Shown here piece by piece: positions 19,899 to 28,754 of a stretch of DNA of 64,000 bases. The number at the start of each line of letters is the position of its first letter. Position 1 is the first letter of the stretch. The notes beneath the pieces were generated by a model that was given only the letters and a program-made list of their open reading frames with translations, did no database searches and had not been told where the DNA came from. The translations under genes were made by a program, and so were the position numbers. Origin of the DNA: an uncultured delta proteobacterium (GTDB taxonomy: Bacteria; Desulfobacterota; BSN033; UBA1163); contig CAVPSJ010000008.1 of assembly GCA_963708295.1 (NCBI GenBank), positions 192,001-256,000 of the forward strand, written 5' to 3'.

Positions 19899-21552
19899 GT
19901 CTCTCAAAGACGGGGAAGGATACAAAAAACGTACTCCCTTTTCCCACGCCACTTTCTATCTCTATTTTGCCGGAGTGTTCTTTGATGATCCTTTCGCAGA
20001 TGGCCAACCCCAGCCCCGTGCCTTCCCCCATCCTTTTTGTCGTGAAAAAGGGCTCGAAGATTTTCTTTTTTGTTTCTTCAGTAATTCCAATTCCCGTATC
20101 GGTCACTGCGATTTCCAGCCATCTTCCATCCTTTGAGGAGAGGGCAGGGGGGCCGAGTCGGGTCCTGATCGTCAGGACTCCTCCTTTGGGCATCGCGTCC
20201 AACGCATTGGTGATCAGGTTGAGAAAGAGGGTTTGGAGTTGCGTGGGGTCCCCCAGGATGGGAGGGAGGTTCGGAGAGAGCTGTTTCGTCAGGTTCACGT
20301 TTCGGGCAAGAAACCAGGGCTCACTCAAATGGATCAATTCTTCCAGGACCTCATTCACTCCCAGAGACTTCAACTGGGATTTCGGCCGACGGGTAAAGGA
20401 AAGAAGATTATTCACCGAATCGGTAATCTTGTCCATCTGCGATTCGACGATTTTGAGTCGATCCTGGTCTTTGGGTCGAAGATTTCCATCCTGGCGTATC
20501 AGCTGAATATACCCGGAGCTCGTGTTCAGGCTGGTTCCGATCTGGTGTCCTACTTCTGTCATGGCCTGTCCCACCGCGGCGAGTTTTTCAGATTGACTTA
20601 ACTGCCTCTGGGATTCAAACAGGGCTTCGTTGAGCAGCCTCAGCTCTTCGTTTCTCTTGGCCAATTCCGAGGTGGCGGCCTCGATTTTTCCGGTCAGCTC
20701 CTCATTGAATTCGCTGACCTGTCTCAAGAGTTGAACATTTTGTTCATGGGTTTCCCGGATCGTCCTGAGCATGCGATTGAAATTTCTTCCTAGTTTCCCT
20801 AGCTCATCTTCCCGTTGAATATACGCTTCCGTGTCCAGGTCGCCTTTTTCCGCGCGCGACATGGCCTCCACCAGTTTTCGGATGGGATCTCCGACCAGTT
20901 TTCCAAAGAGGACCGTGAGGGTGATCAGGATGACGAGAATGCTCAGGCATGTCAGGATGACCGCTCGATCTCTCTTCTTACGCAAAAAAGCCTGGGCTTC
21001 ATCCAGAGAGCTGACCAATCGAATTCCGCCGACCACTTTTGTTCCTGCATGAAGGGGAACCATCACCTCCAGCCACTTTTCCTCCCCCACGTCATGGAGC
21101 GAAGAAAGGTTCTTGTCTTTCTTCAATTGATTCATTTGATCTTTGGACGGGGCTACGGACGTCCGGGTGTCTCTTGAATGAGAGACTACGAGTTCCCAGT
21201 CCTTTGCGGAGAAGAGGAAGACGTCAATCGCCATCAAAAACGGGCGGCTGAGCAACCACTCCTCCACTTCATCCCGGAGACGGGGCAGATCCTCCAGAAT
21301 CGCTCGATCCGGGATCGAGGCGTCGATTTGTTTTGCGATCAGAGTGATTCGATTTAACGAAAGGTCGATCTGGTCTTTTTTTGCAAAATGATAGTCCAGG
21401 TAACTGGCCAGGAGGAGGACTCCGGCGACGATGAAGATAATGAGGAAGGTGATCTTGGTTTTGAGTCCGATCTGGGGAATCCGCTGATAGAGGAGGAATC
21501 GGATCCATCGAATGGCCGGGAGGGTGATGGGAGCGGGTTTGACTGGGTCCAT
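19852..21552 (-). CDS. Membrane sensor histidine kinase (2 TM, HAMP)
   Basis: Two TM helices; DELGKLGRNFN; atypical H-box GHQIGTSLN; NLITNALDA, DTGIGI and GTGLGL. Confidence 0.92.
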   Translation of the reverse strand: MDPVKPAPITLPAIRWIRFLLYQRIPQIGLKTKITFLIIFIVAGVLLLASYLDYHFAKKDQIDLSLNRITLIAKQIDASIPDRAILEDLPRLRDEVEEWLLSRPFLMAIDVFLFSAKDWELVVSHSRDTRTSVAPSKDQMNQLKKDKNLSSLHDVGEEKWLEVMVPLHAGTKVVGGIRLVSSLDEAQAFLRKKRDRAVILTCLSILVILITLTVLFGKLVGDPIRKLVEAMSRAEKGDLDTEAYIQREDELGKLGRNFNRMLRTIRETHEQNVQLLRQVSEFNEELTGKIEAATSELAKRNEELRLLNEALFESQRQLSQSEKLAAVGQAMTEVGHQIGTSLNTSSGYIQLIRQDGNLRPKDQDRLKIVESQMDKITDSVNNLLSFTRRPKSQLKSLGVNEVLEELIHLSEPWFLARNVNLTKQLSPNLPPILGDPTQLQTLFLNLITNALDAMPKGGVLTIRTRLGPPALSSKDGRWLEIAVTDTGIGITEETKKKIFEPFFTTKRMGEGTGLGLAICERIIKEHSGKIEIESGVGKGSTFFVSFPVFERHETDGQSTRAPLGRR

Positions 21553-21554
21553 CT

Positions 21555-22307
21555 CTATTTTTGGGAAAGAGATCCTTGATCTCTGGCCCTTTTCCCTTCA
21601 ATCACCTTGACCAGAATCACTCCGATCTCGAATAAGAAATACATGGGGACTCCCATGAGACTCATATTAAAAACATCCGGAGTCGGAGTGACGACTGCGG
21701 AAATGACCGCAACGAGGAGGATAGCATACTTGCGGTTTCGAGTCAAAAGAGCTGCATTCACCACCCTGAGGTAACTTAATAGAGCAAGGACCAAGGGAAG
21801 TTCAAAGATCAACCCGAAGCCAAAGACGAAAACGGCGCAAAAGGAGACATATCTCCCCGCAGAGATCATAGGCAGGATACGGGCGGTTTGATACCCCATG
21901 AGAAACTTCACCCCATTCGGCAAAGCGACAAAGAAGCAAAAGGAAGCCCCGAGATAGAAGAGGAAGAGAGAAGCCAAGAGAATGCCGTTGGCCGAGTTCA
22001 ATCCCCTCGAGCGAAAGAGGGGAGAAAACGCTTTCCAGAGGTGGTAGAAGATGACGGGGATCGAGCAGAAGAGGCTGGTGAACAGGGTCAGCTTGAGGAG
22101 GGAGAAAAAAGCCTCTGGAATGGAATAGGCGACGAGGTTGGTTCGAAGGGTCTTTTGACAGAGATACACTAACAGCTCTTTGGATACGGGATAAAGGACG
22201 ATTCCGCACAAAAGGATCACGATGCCGACCTGGAGGAGACCCTTGCGTAAATTGGAAAGGGCGCGGAAGATGTCTTCTCGCTTCAATCCTGAGGCCTGAA
22301 GGATCAT
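21555..22307 (-). CDS. TatC-like protein (degenerate signal-binding motifs, no tatA/B nearby)
   Basis: Six TM pattern; PEAF..LKL, FGLIFELP, RKYAIL..SAVVTPTPD and LFEIG. Confidence 0.85.
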   Translation of the reverse strand: MILQASGLKREDIFRALSNLRKGLLQVGIVILLCGIVLYPVSKELLVYLCQKTLRTNLVAYSIPEAFFSLLKLTLFTSLFCSIPVIFYHLWKAFSPLFRSRGLNSANGILLASLFLFYLGASFCFFVALPNGVKFLMGYQTARILPMISAGRYVSFCAVFVFGFGLIFELPLVLALLSYLRVVNAALLTRNRKYAILLVAVISAVVTPTPDVFNMSLMGVPMYFLFEIGVILVKVIEGKRARDQGSLSQK

Positions 22308-22546
22308 GGAGGTAATGTAACATATAAAGGGAGGGGCCGAAAGCGGTTCCGTTTATCAGACCGGGGTTTCCCCTCCTGTGGGACCAGAAAGGCCTGCCCA
22401 GAAAAGGATTCTCACGGAGAAAAAATCTCTCAACCGGGTCTCGCACAATTTACAGATCGGGGTTGACAAAGATTCAAAACAGAGATAAAAGAAAAAGATT
22501 ATCAATCCATGCCTGTCCTGCCGAGCACCGGCAGGAATGTTCTGAG

Positions 22547-23581
22547 ATGAAATTGAAAGTCGGCATCACCTATAACCTCAAGAAAGACTTTACTCGACAA
22601 GAAAATCAGCCGATTGATCTTCTGGAGGAGTTTGATTCCGAGGAAACGGTGGATGCCATTGGAAAGGCTCTCGAGAGCGAAGGGCACGAAGTGATCAAAC
22701 TGGGTGGAGACATCGGTTTGATCGATCGGTTAAGGCAGGCATCGGTCGATATCGTTTTCAATATCGCGGAAGGTCTTCAGGGCCGAAACCGGGAGGCCCA
22801 CATCCCGGCTCTGTTAGAGTTTTTGAACATCCCCTATACCGGGTCCGATCCTCTGACGCTCTCTCTTACTCTGGATAAGGCCATGGCAAAGAGAATTGTC
22901 ATGAGCCAGGAGATTCCGACGCCAAGATTCAAAAAAGCGGAGAGGATGGAGGATCTCGACCCTCTCAACCTTCGTTTTCCTCTCTTCATCAAACCGTGTT
23001 ACGAAGGGTCGAGCAAGGGGGTTCGGTTGGATTCAAAAATCTCGGATCCCCGAACACTGCGGGAAAAAGCGAGCGGGCTTTTCGAAACGTATGGCTCGCC
23101 CCTCCTCGTCGAGGAGTTTGTGAAAGGCCCGGAATTCACGGTGGGCATCCTCGGCAACGAAGTTCCCCGGGTCCTCGGCGTCATGCAGATTGAGATCAAG
23201 GGGAGTCCTCCGGAGGAATCCATTTACTCTCTGGAGATCAAGAGGGAATGGGAGGAGAAAGTGCGCTACCATTGCCCCCCCTCGATTGCCCCGGGTCTTT
23301 TAAGCAAGATCGAGGAGGTGGCCCTCCGGTCGTATCGAGCCCTAGACTGCCGAGATGTTTCCCGGGTGGACATCCGCGTGGGTGAGGACCAGACGCCCTA
23401 TTTCATCGAGGTCAACCCTCTCCCGGGCCTTTCGCCCGTTTACGGGGACCTCGTGATCATGGCAAGGAGCATGGGATGGGACTATGCCGACCTGGTCAAG
23501 ACCATTTTCCATCATGCCCTCAAGCGATACGGACGGTGGACGAATAGACCCGGGGGTGATGATGGGAAGCCCGCTGGATAA
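22547..23581 (+). CDS. D-Ala-D-Ala ligase-like ATP-grasp protein 1
   Basis: Motifs VFNIAEG, PYTGSD, KPCYEGSSKG, EEFV.GPE, RVDIR and EVNPLPG; lacks the Ddl GGxSxE motif. Confidence 0.85.
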   Translation: MKLKVGITYNLKKDFTRQENQPIDLLEEFDSEETVDAIGKALESEGHEVIKLGGDIGLIDRLRQASVDIVFNIAEGLQGRNREAHIPALLEFLNIPYTGSDPLTLSLTLDKAMAKRIVMSQEIPTPRFKKAERMEDLDPLNLRFPLFIKPCYEGSSKGVRLDSKISDPRTLREKASGLFETYGSPLLVEEFVKGPEFTVGILGNEVPRVLGVMQIEIKGSPPEESIYSLEIKREWEEKVRYHCPPSIAPGLLSKIEEVALRSYRALDCRDVSRVDIRVGEDQTPYFIEVNPLPGLSPVYGDLVIMARSMGWDYADLVKTIFHHALKRYGRWTNRPGGDDGKPAG

Positions 23582-23613
23582 ACAGTCCCCGTTCGTTTGA
23601 TGAGTCATCGTCG

Positions 23614-24699
23614 ATGAATCGACCAGAGCAGACCCTCCACGAGATTATCCTGAAAAACTTTAAGGAGGCGGTCATTTTTGCCGACGCCCGAGGACGAATT
23701 CAATTCCTCAACGGCATCGCGGAGAAGTATTTTCAGATCAGCGGGAAGAAGGTGCTGGGAAAGAGATTGGAGAGGGCGATCCCCCATAAAAATATAAAGA
23801 AACACTTTGACTTCGTCTACGAAAGGAGAGAAGAGGATCACGATGTTGAACTGGCGATTCCCGTTGCCCCTTCTTCGGGCCAGGAAACCCGGATCCTTCA
23901 TTGCAGCTTTTATCCCATTTTTGATAAGAGAGGGACGATGTTTTTGGGCTGTCTGGCGACGTTTGCCGATGTCACGGAAAAAGGCCTGCTCCTGAGGGAG
24001 ATCAGTAAGAGCCGGAATCTTTCCACGATCGGAATGCTGGCCAGATGGATGGCCCATGAGATTCGAAATCCCCTCAGCTCTTTGAACATCAATATTGAAC
24101 TGCTGAGAGAGGAGCTGGGAGGGGAGACCCACCTGTCCCAGAAAGATGAGATTCACTCTCTGATTAATTTTATCAGTTACGAAACCCTCCGGCTGGAGAA
24201 TAATCTGAAAGAATTTCTCGATTTCAATCGTCTCCCTCCCCTCAAATTCGAATGGATTCAATTGAATGAATTATTGGACTCCGTCGTTCGGCTTTCAAGG
24301 CCGGATGCTCAGATCAAAAATGCCAGGATTGAAACCCATTTCCAAAAAAAGCTGCCCGTGCTGAAGATCGATGTCAGCCAATTCAACCTGGCGATTTCGA
24401 ATCTCCTCATCAACAGCATTCAAGCGGTCTCGGAAAAAGGGGAAATTCACCTCTTCACCCGGGGATCCAGGAAGAATGTCTTCATCATTATACAGGACAA
24501 TGGGGTGGGAATCTCCCAAGAGCACCTTCCCAAGATCTTCGATTTTATGTTCAGCACCAAGCCAACAGGGTCAGGGCTGGGTCTCTCGATCGCAAAGAAG
24601 ATCATCTCAGACCATCACGGTGAGATCTCGGTGAAGAGCGAGGTCAATAAGGGATCGATCTTTAGAATACGAATTCCCCTGGGCCCAAAAGGAAACTAA
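23614..24699 (+). CDS. Cytoplasmic PAS histidine kinase (NtrB-like)
   Basis: PAS-like N-terminus; AHEIRNPL, DNGVGI and GSGLGL; no TM segment. Confidence 0.92.
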   Translation: MNRPEQTLHEIILKNFKEAVIFADARGRIQFLNGIAEKYFQISGKKVLGKRLERAIPHKNIKKHFDFVYERREEDHDVELAIPVAPSSGQETRILHCSFYPIFDKRGTMFLGCLATFADVTEKGLLLREISKSRNLSTIGMLARWMAHEIRNPLSSLNINIELLREELGGETHLSQKDEIHSLINFISYETLRLENNLKEFLDFNRLPPLKFEWIQLNELLDSVVRLSRPDAQIKNARIETHFQKKLPVLKIDVSQFNLAISNLLINSIQAVSEKGEIHLFTRGSRKNVFIIIQDNGVGISQEHLPKIFDFMFSTKPTGSGLGLSIAKKIISDHHGEISVKSEVNKGSIFRIRIPLGPKGN

Positions 24700-24931
24700 T
24701 ACCAATGCAATGACCAAATTCCAAGCACCAATCATCAAATAATAACCCATGTCTCAATGACCCAAATTTTTAAGAAGGAGTTTCGTACTTTTGGAAATTG
24801 GGTAATTGGAGCTTGTTTTGAGTTTGCCTGCCTGCCGGCAGGCAGGGAATTTGATGATTGGAATTTTTCGGATGGAAACACCAAAGGTGTTATATGAAGG
24901 ATGGCAAGGGTTGATTTCAGTGGTCAGGGAT

Positions 24932-26347
24932 ATGGACAAAAAAGTAATCCTTATTGCGGAGGACGATTCCCGGGTGGGGGAGAGTCTCCGCCTTTTGTTG
25001 AAGAAGAAGGGGCACGAAGTCCTCCTGTCTCCGAACGGGAAGGAGGCCCTCCAACTTGTTCGGCACGAGGCCGTCGATCTGGTGATTACCGATGTGGTCA
25101 TGCCCAAGATGGACGGGATCGAGCTCTTAGAAGCCGTAAAAGGTCTCAGGCCGGAGACCGAGGTCATCGTCATCTCTGCCCAGGGGACGATCGAGAAGGC
25201 GGTGCAGGCGATGAAATTGGGAGCCTTTGATTTTATCGAAAAACCGATCAACCCGAGGGTGATCACTCTCTTGGTGGAGAGGGCTCTGGAAAAACAGACC
25301 CTGATCCTCCAGAATCGAGACCTGCGGTCCAGACTGGAAGACAAGTTTCATTTCAAAAATGTGATCGGGAGGAGCGAGAAGATGGTAAAAATCTTTGAGC
25401 TCATCCGTCATATCGCCCCGTACGATAGCTCTGTTCTGATTATCGGCGAGAGCGGAACGGGGAAGGAGTTGATCGCCAATGCGATTCATTACAATAGTCC
25501 CCGGGCCTCCATGGCCTTCATCAAAGTCAGCTGCGCCTCCCTGAGCGAGGGAATTATCGAAAGCGAGCTATTCGGCCACGAGAAGGGCGCCTTTACCGGA
25601 GCCATCGCTTCTCGAAAGGGACGCTTTGAGCTGGCCCATCAAGGGACCCTTTTTTTGGATGAGGTGGAGGATATTCCCCCTGCGACTCAGATCAAACTTT
25701 TACGGGTCCTCCAGGAAGGCGAATTTGAAAGGGCGGGGGGGAATAAGACGATCCGGGTCAATATTCGAATCATCGCCGCAAGCAACCGGGACCTTCAGGA
25801 GGCTGTCAAAGAGGGAAGATTTCGAGAGGATCTCTATTATCGGCTGAATGTTGTGAATATCAAGCTTCCCCCGTTGAGGGACCGGAGGGATGACATTCCC
25901 TTCCTCATCCATTTCTTCATAGAGAAATATAATCGGAAATATCATATGAAAGTGAAGGGCGTGTCCCAGAAGGCCATGAACCTGCTGACCGACTACGAAT
26001 GGACGGGGAACGTAAGAGAGTTGGAGAATACCCTTGAATCCATCTTGGTGATCAACAACCCGGAGGCCATTGATGTCCAGCACCTTCCTCCAGAAATAAA
26101 GGATTCCAAGCGGAGACCCGAGGTGATTCTGATCAAGATCGGAACGCCTCTCGAGGAAGTGGAGAAGGAGATATTGGTGGAGACGCTCAGGGCGACGAAA
26201 GGGAATAAACGGAAGGCGGCCCAATTGTTGGGGATCAACGTACGGACCATTCATCGAAAGATGGAAGGACTGGAAGGATTCGAAGAGGCTTCAGGGGCAT
26301 CGAACGGGGCGAAGGCAAAAAGAGTGGCAAAAAGTCGTACTCGCTAA
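24932..26347 (+). CDS. sigma54-dependent response regulator (NtrC family)
   Basis: REC domain (IAEDD, TDVVMP); GESGTGKE; GAFTGA; GNVREL; HTH. Confidence 0.93.
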   Translation: MDKKVILIAEDDSRVGESLRLLLKKKGHEVLLSPNGKEALQLVRHEAVDLVITDVVMPKMDGIELLEAVKGLRPETEVIVISAQGTIEKAVQAMKLGAFDFIEKPINPRVITLLVERALEKQTLILQNRDLRSRLEDKFHFKNVIGRSEKMVKIFELIRHIAPYDSSVLIIGESGTGKELIANAIHYNSPRASMAFIKVSCASLSEGIIESELFGHEKGAFTGAIASRKGRFELAHQGTLFLDEVEDIPPATQIKLLRVLQEGEFERAGGNKTIRVNIRIIAASNRDLQEAVKEGRFREDLYYRLNVVNIKLPPLRDRRDDIPFLIHFFIEKYNRKYHMKVKGVSQKAMNLLTDYEWTGNVRELENTLESILVINNPEAIDVQHLPPEIKDSKRRPEVILIKIGTPLEEVEKEILVETLRATKGNKRKAAQLLGINVRTIHRKMEGLEGFEEASGASNGAKAKRVAKSRTR

Positions 26348-26523
26348 AATCGAGGCAAGAAATAAGGGCATTTTGTCGCACCGGTCGTAAACGCCTAGGT
26401 CATTCTTGCCATTTTTATTTTTGGCATTTTGGGTTCGACGAGAAGAACAAAATAGGCCATCCATAAAACCCTTACTATCATTATATATTATCATATGCCC
26501 GGTCAGGGGTCCGCTTGAAAGTT

Positions 26524-26539
26524 TGGCATGAAATTTGAT
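26524..26539 (+). promoter_or_regulatory. Probable sigma54 promoter with tandem upstream sites at 26322-26381
   Basis: TGGCAT-GAAAT-TTGAT (GA rather than GC at -12). Upstream GAGTGGCAAAAAGTCGTAC and TAAGGGCATTTTGTCGCAC are 41 bp apart. Confidence 0.55.
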
Positions 26540-26553
26540 ACATCCTTCTGTCT

Positions 26554-26988
26554 ATGAAGGAAAAATTGAAGTGGGCCTTTATTCTCGACAAAGATGAATT
26601 TGTACGGCTCAGCCTTAACAAGATTTTAAAGAAGTATGGGTTCCAGACGGAAGAGATCGAAGATTTTTCTCAACTCGAAAAAAGAAAAAGGGATATCGAG
26701 GGAGGGATCGTCTTCGCAGATGTTGAAATTGATGTTTTGGAAAAAGATTTTGCCTTTTTGAGGAGATGGAGTGACCGATTGATATTGATGATCCCTCTGG
26801 TCACTGACGAGCTGACGGTTCGATTGAAAAAAATGGGTATCCATCGTATTATGAAAAAACCGGTTGATCCAAGATTGCTGAGAAAGGTCATCCGGGAAAT
26901 TTCTTTTATCGATGGGGTAAAGGGAACTTCATTTGGAAAAAAAAGGGAGGGTTCCCATCTCATTCAGAAAGGAGGTGAAGTACTATGA
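26554..26988 (+). CDS. Degenerate single-domain receiver-like protein
   Basis: ILDKDE acidic pocket, FADV and KKP; lacks the conserved Thr/Ser. Confidence 0.65.
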   Translation: MKEKLKWAFILDKDEFVRLSLNKILKKYGFQTEEIEDFSQLEKRKRDIEGGIVFADVEIDVLEKDFAFLRRWSDRLILMIPLVTDELTVRLKKMGIHRIMKKPVDPRLLRKVIREISFIDGVKGTSFGKKREGSHLIQKGGEVL

Positions 26989-27179
26989 AGAAGTGGATTT
27001 TTCTTTTCCTCGCATTGGTCTTGGTGATTAATGTTGCAGCAATGAGCATTGGATGCAAAGCCAAGGAAGCACCAAAACCAGCAGCCAAAGAGGAGGCTAA
27101 GCCGCCCGAGGCCCCGGCGCCGCCTGCGCCCGCAGCGACACCCGCCCCGGCACCGGCTCCTGAAGCCCCCAAGAAGTAG
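26985..27179 (+). CDS. Small Pro/Ala/Lys-rich lipoprotein
   Basis: RBS AGGAGGTG; lipobox SIGC; mature ~40 aa low-complexity chain ending PEAPKK. Confidence 0.85.
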   Translation: MKKWIFLFLALVLVINVAAMSIGCKAKEAPKPAAKEEAKPPEAPAPPAPAATPAPAPAPEAPKK

Positions 27180-27200
27180 GGCCTGTTTCATGGTCAACGC

Positions 27201-27240
27201 GTTGGCGCCCCCCCCTCGTTGAAGGAAAGGGGGCGCCAAC
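27201..27240 (+). terminator. Strong hairpin without U-tract after the lipoprotein gene
   Basis: GTTGGCGCCCCC ... GGGGGCGCCAAC. Confidence 0.55.
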
Positions 27241-27445
27241 AAGAGACCGTCCTGTTTTGAAGAGGAGTTTATTATCACAGATCAACGTCGAAAGAAAAAA
27301 AGGTGCATGTCTGCTCAATACATGAAGGAAGGCTTTTCCTTTATGAGTGAGGAGGTATCGAATGATATCTCCTTTTTTGTTTTCTGGAGAGGTTTTTAAG
27401 AAAGCGGACTGCGTTCGCTCAGCAGATATGCGGGAAGGAGAGAAG

Positions 27446-28729
27446 ATGGAGCCTGCTTCAGACTCAAATTTATCGGTCCCCCAGAGGGGGGCGCGAAGAG
27501 CCGCACAACTTTATTTGTTCTCCCTCTCCACGGAGGGGGAAAAGATTGACGAGTCGCGGGAACCCATCCCCCGGGTTTGGGAGGGGATCTCAGCCAAGGA
27601 ATGGAATGATTGGAGATGGCAGCTTCGACATCGAGTGACCACGTTGGACCAGCTCAAAGAGATCATCGATTTGACCCCTGAGGAGATGGAAGGGATCAAC
27701 CATTCGAAGGGGAGATTGGCCTTAGCCGTCACGCCTTACTTTGCAAGCCTGATGGACCCGGCCAATCCCAATTGTCCCATCCGAAGACAGGCCATCCCTC
27801 GAATCGAGGAGATCCATTTATCCAAAAGTGAAATGGTGGATCCTCTGGGAGAGGACAATCATTCCCCGGTGCCGGGCCTCGTCCATCGTTATCCGGATCG
27901 GGTGCTTTTGCTCGTTACCGATCAATGTGCCGTCTATTGCCGGTACTGCACGCGGAGACGACTAGTGGGGAGCAATGAACGGTCGATCACCCAGGGAAAT
28001 TTTGAGGAAGTTCTCAAATATCTGAAGAGCCATCGAAAGGTGAGAGATGTCCTCATTTCGGGAGGAGATCCGCTCCTCCTGGAAAATGAGAGGTTGGAGG
28101 AAATCGTGAGCCGGTTGAGGGCGCTTCCCCATATCGAGGTCCTCCGAATAGGAACGAGAGTTCCGGTGACGCTTCCCCAGAGGATTACGGGTGGGCTCGT
28201 GAGGATGTTGAGGAGATATCATCCCCTCATGATCTCCATCCATTTTACTCATCCGAAGGAGATTACCGATCGAGTAAGAAAAGCCTGTGGGGAGCTTGCC
28301 GATGGCGGGATTCCACTGGGGAGCCAGACCGTTCTTCTCAAGGGGATTAACGATAAGCCCTACATTATGAAAAAGCTGGTTCAGGAACTCCTCAGGATTC
28401 GAGTCCGGCCGTACTATATCTACCAGTGCGACCTGGCGATGGGAACCGAGCATTTCCGAACCTCTGTGGCGACAGGAATTCAGATCATGGAGAAGCTTCG
28501 GGGGCACACCACCGGTTATGCCGTGCCCACTTATGTCGTCGACGCACCCGGGGGCGGAGGGAAGATTCCGCTACAGCCGGATTACCTGGTTTCGAAGGGC
28601 AGGGGAAAGATTGTTTTGAGAAACTACGAAGGAAAGGTTTTTGAATACCCGGAACCCAATATCATTGAATTCAAAAAAAGCAGGTCCACGGGTGAGGAAA
28701 AAGCGGTTTCGAAGAAAGTGACCGCTTAA
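27446..28729 (+). CDS. kamA: KamA-family radical SAM/PLP lysine 2,3-aminomutase-like protein
   Basis: Motifs WNDWRWQL, HRYPDR, CAVYCRYCTRRR, SGGDPL, SQTVLLKGIND, YQCD and DAPGGGGKIP. Confidence 0.88.
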   Translation: MEPASDSNLSVPQRGARRAAQLYLFSLSTEGEKIDESREPIPRVWEGISAKEWNDWRWQLRHRVTTLDQLKEIIDLTPEEMEGINHSKGRLALAVTPYFASLMDPANPNCPIRRQAIPRIEEIHLSKSEMVDPLGEDNHSPVPGLVHRYPDRVLLLVTDQCAVYCRYCTRRRLVGSNERSITQGNFEEVLKYLKSHRKVRDVLISGGDPLLLENERLEEIVSRLRALPHIEVLRIGTRVPVTLPQRITGGLVRMLRRYHPLMISIHFTHPKEITDRVRKACGELADGGIPLGSQTVLLKGINDKPYIMKKLVQELLRIRVRPYYIYQCDLAMGTEHFRTSVATGIQIMEKLRGHTTGYAVPTYVVDAPGGGGKIPLQPDYLVSKGRGKIVLRNYEGKVFEYPEPNIIEFKKSRSTGEEKAVSKKVTA

Positions 28730-28754
28730 GCGTGAACGGAGAAGGAGAGGATCC

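Noticed and set aside
22547-23581. Canonical ddl or van resistance ligase
   Set aside because: Lacks the GGxSxE N-terminal motif; no mur/fts or vanHX context.
27446-28729. EF-P modification enzyme EpmB or glutamate 2,3-aminomutase
   Set aside because: No efp/epmA adjacent; the WxDWxWQ N-terminus and both substrate-binding Asp residues fit the KamA type.
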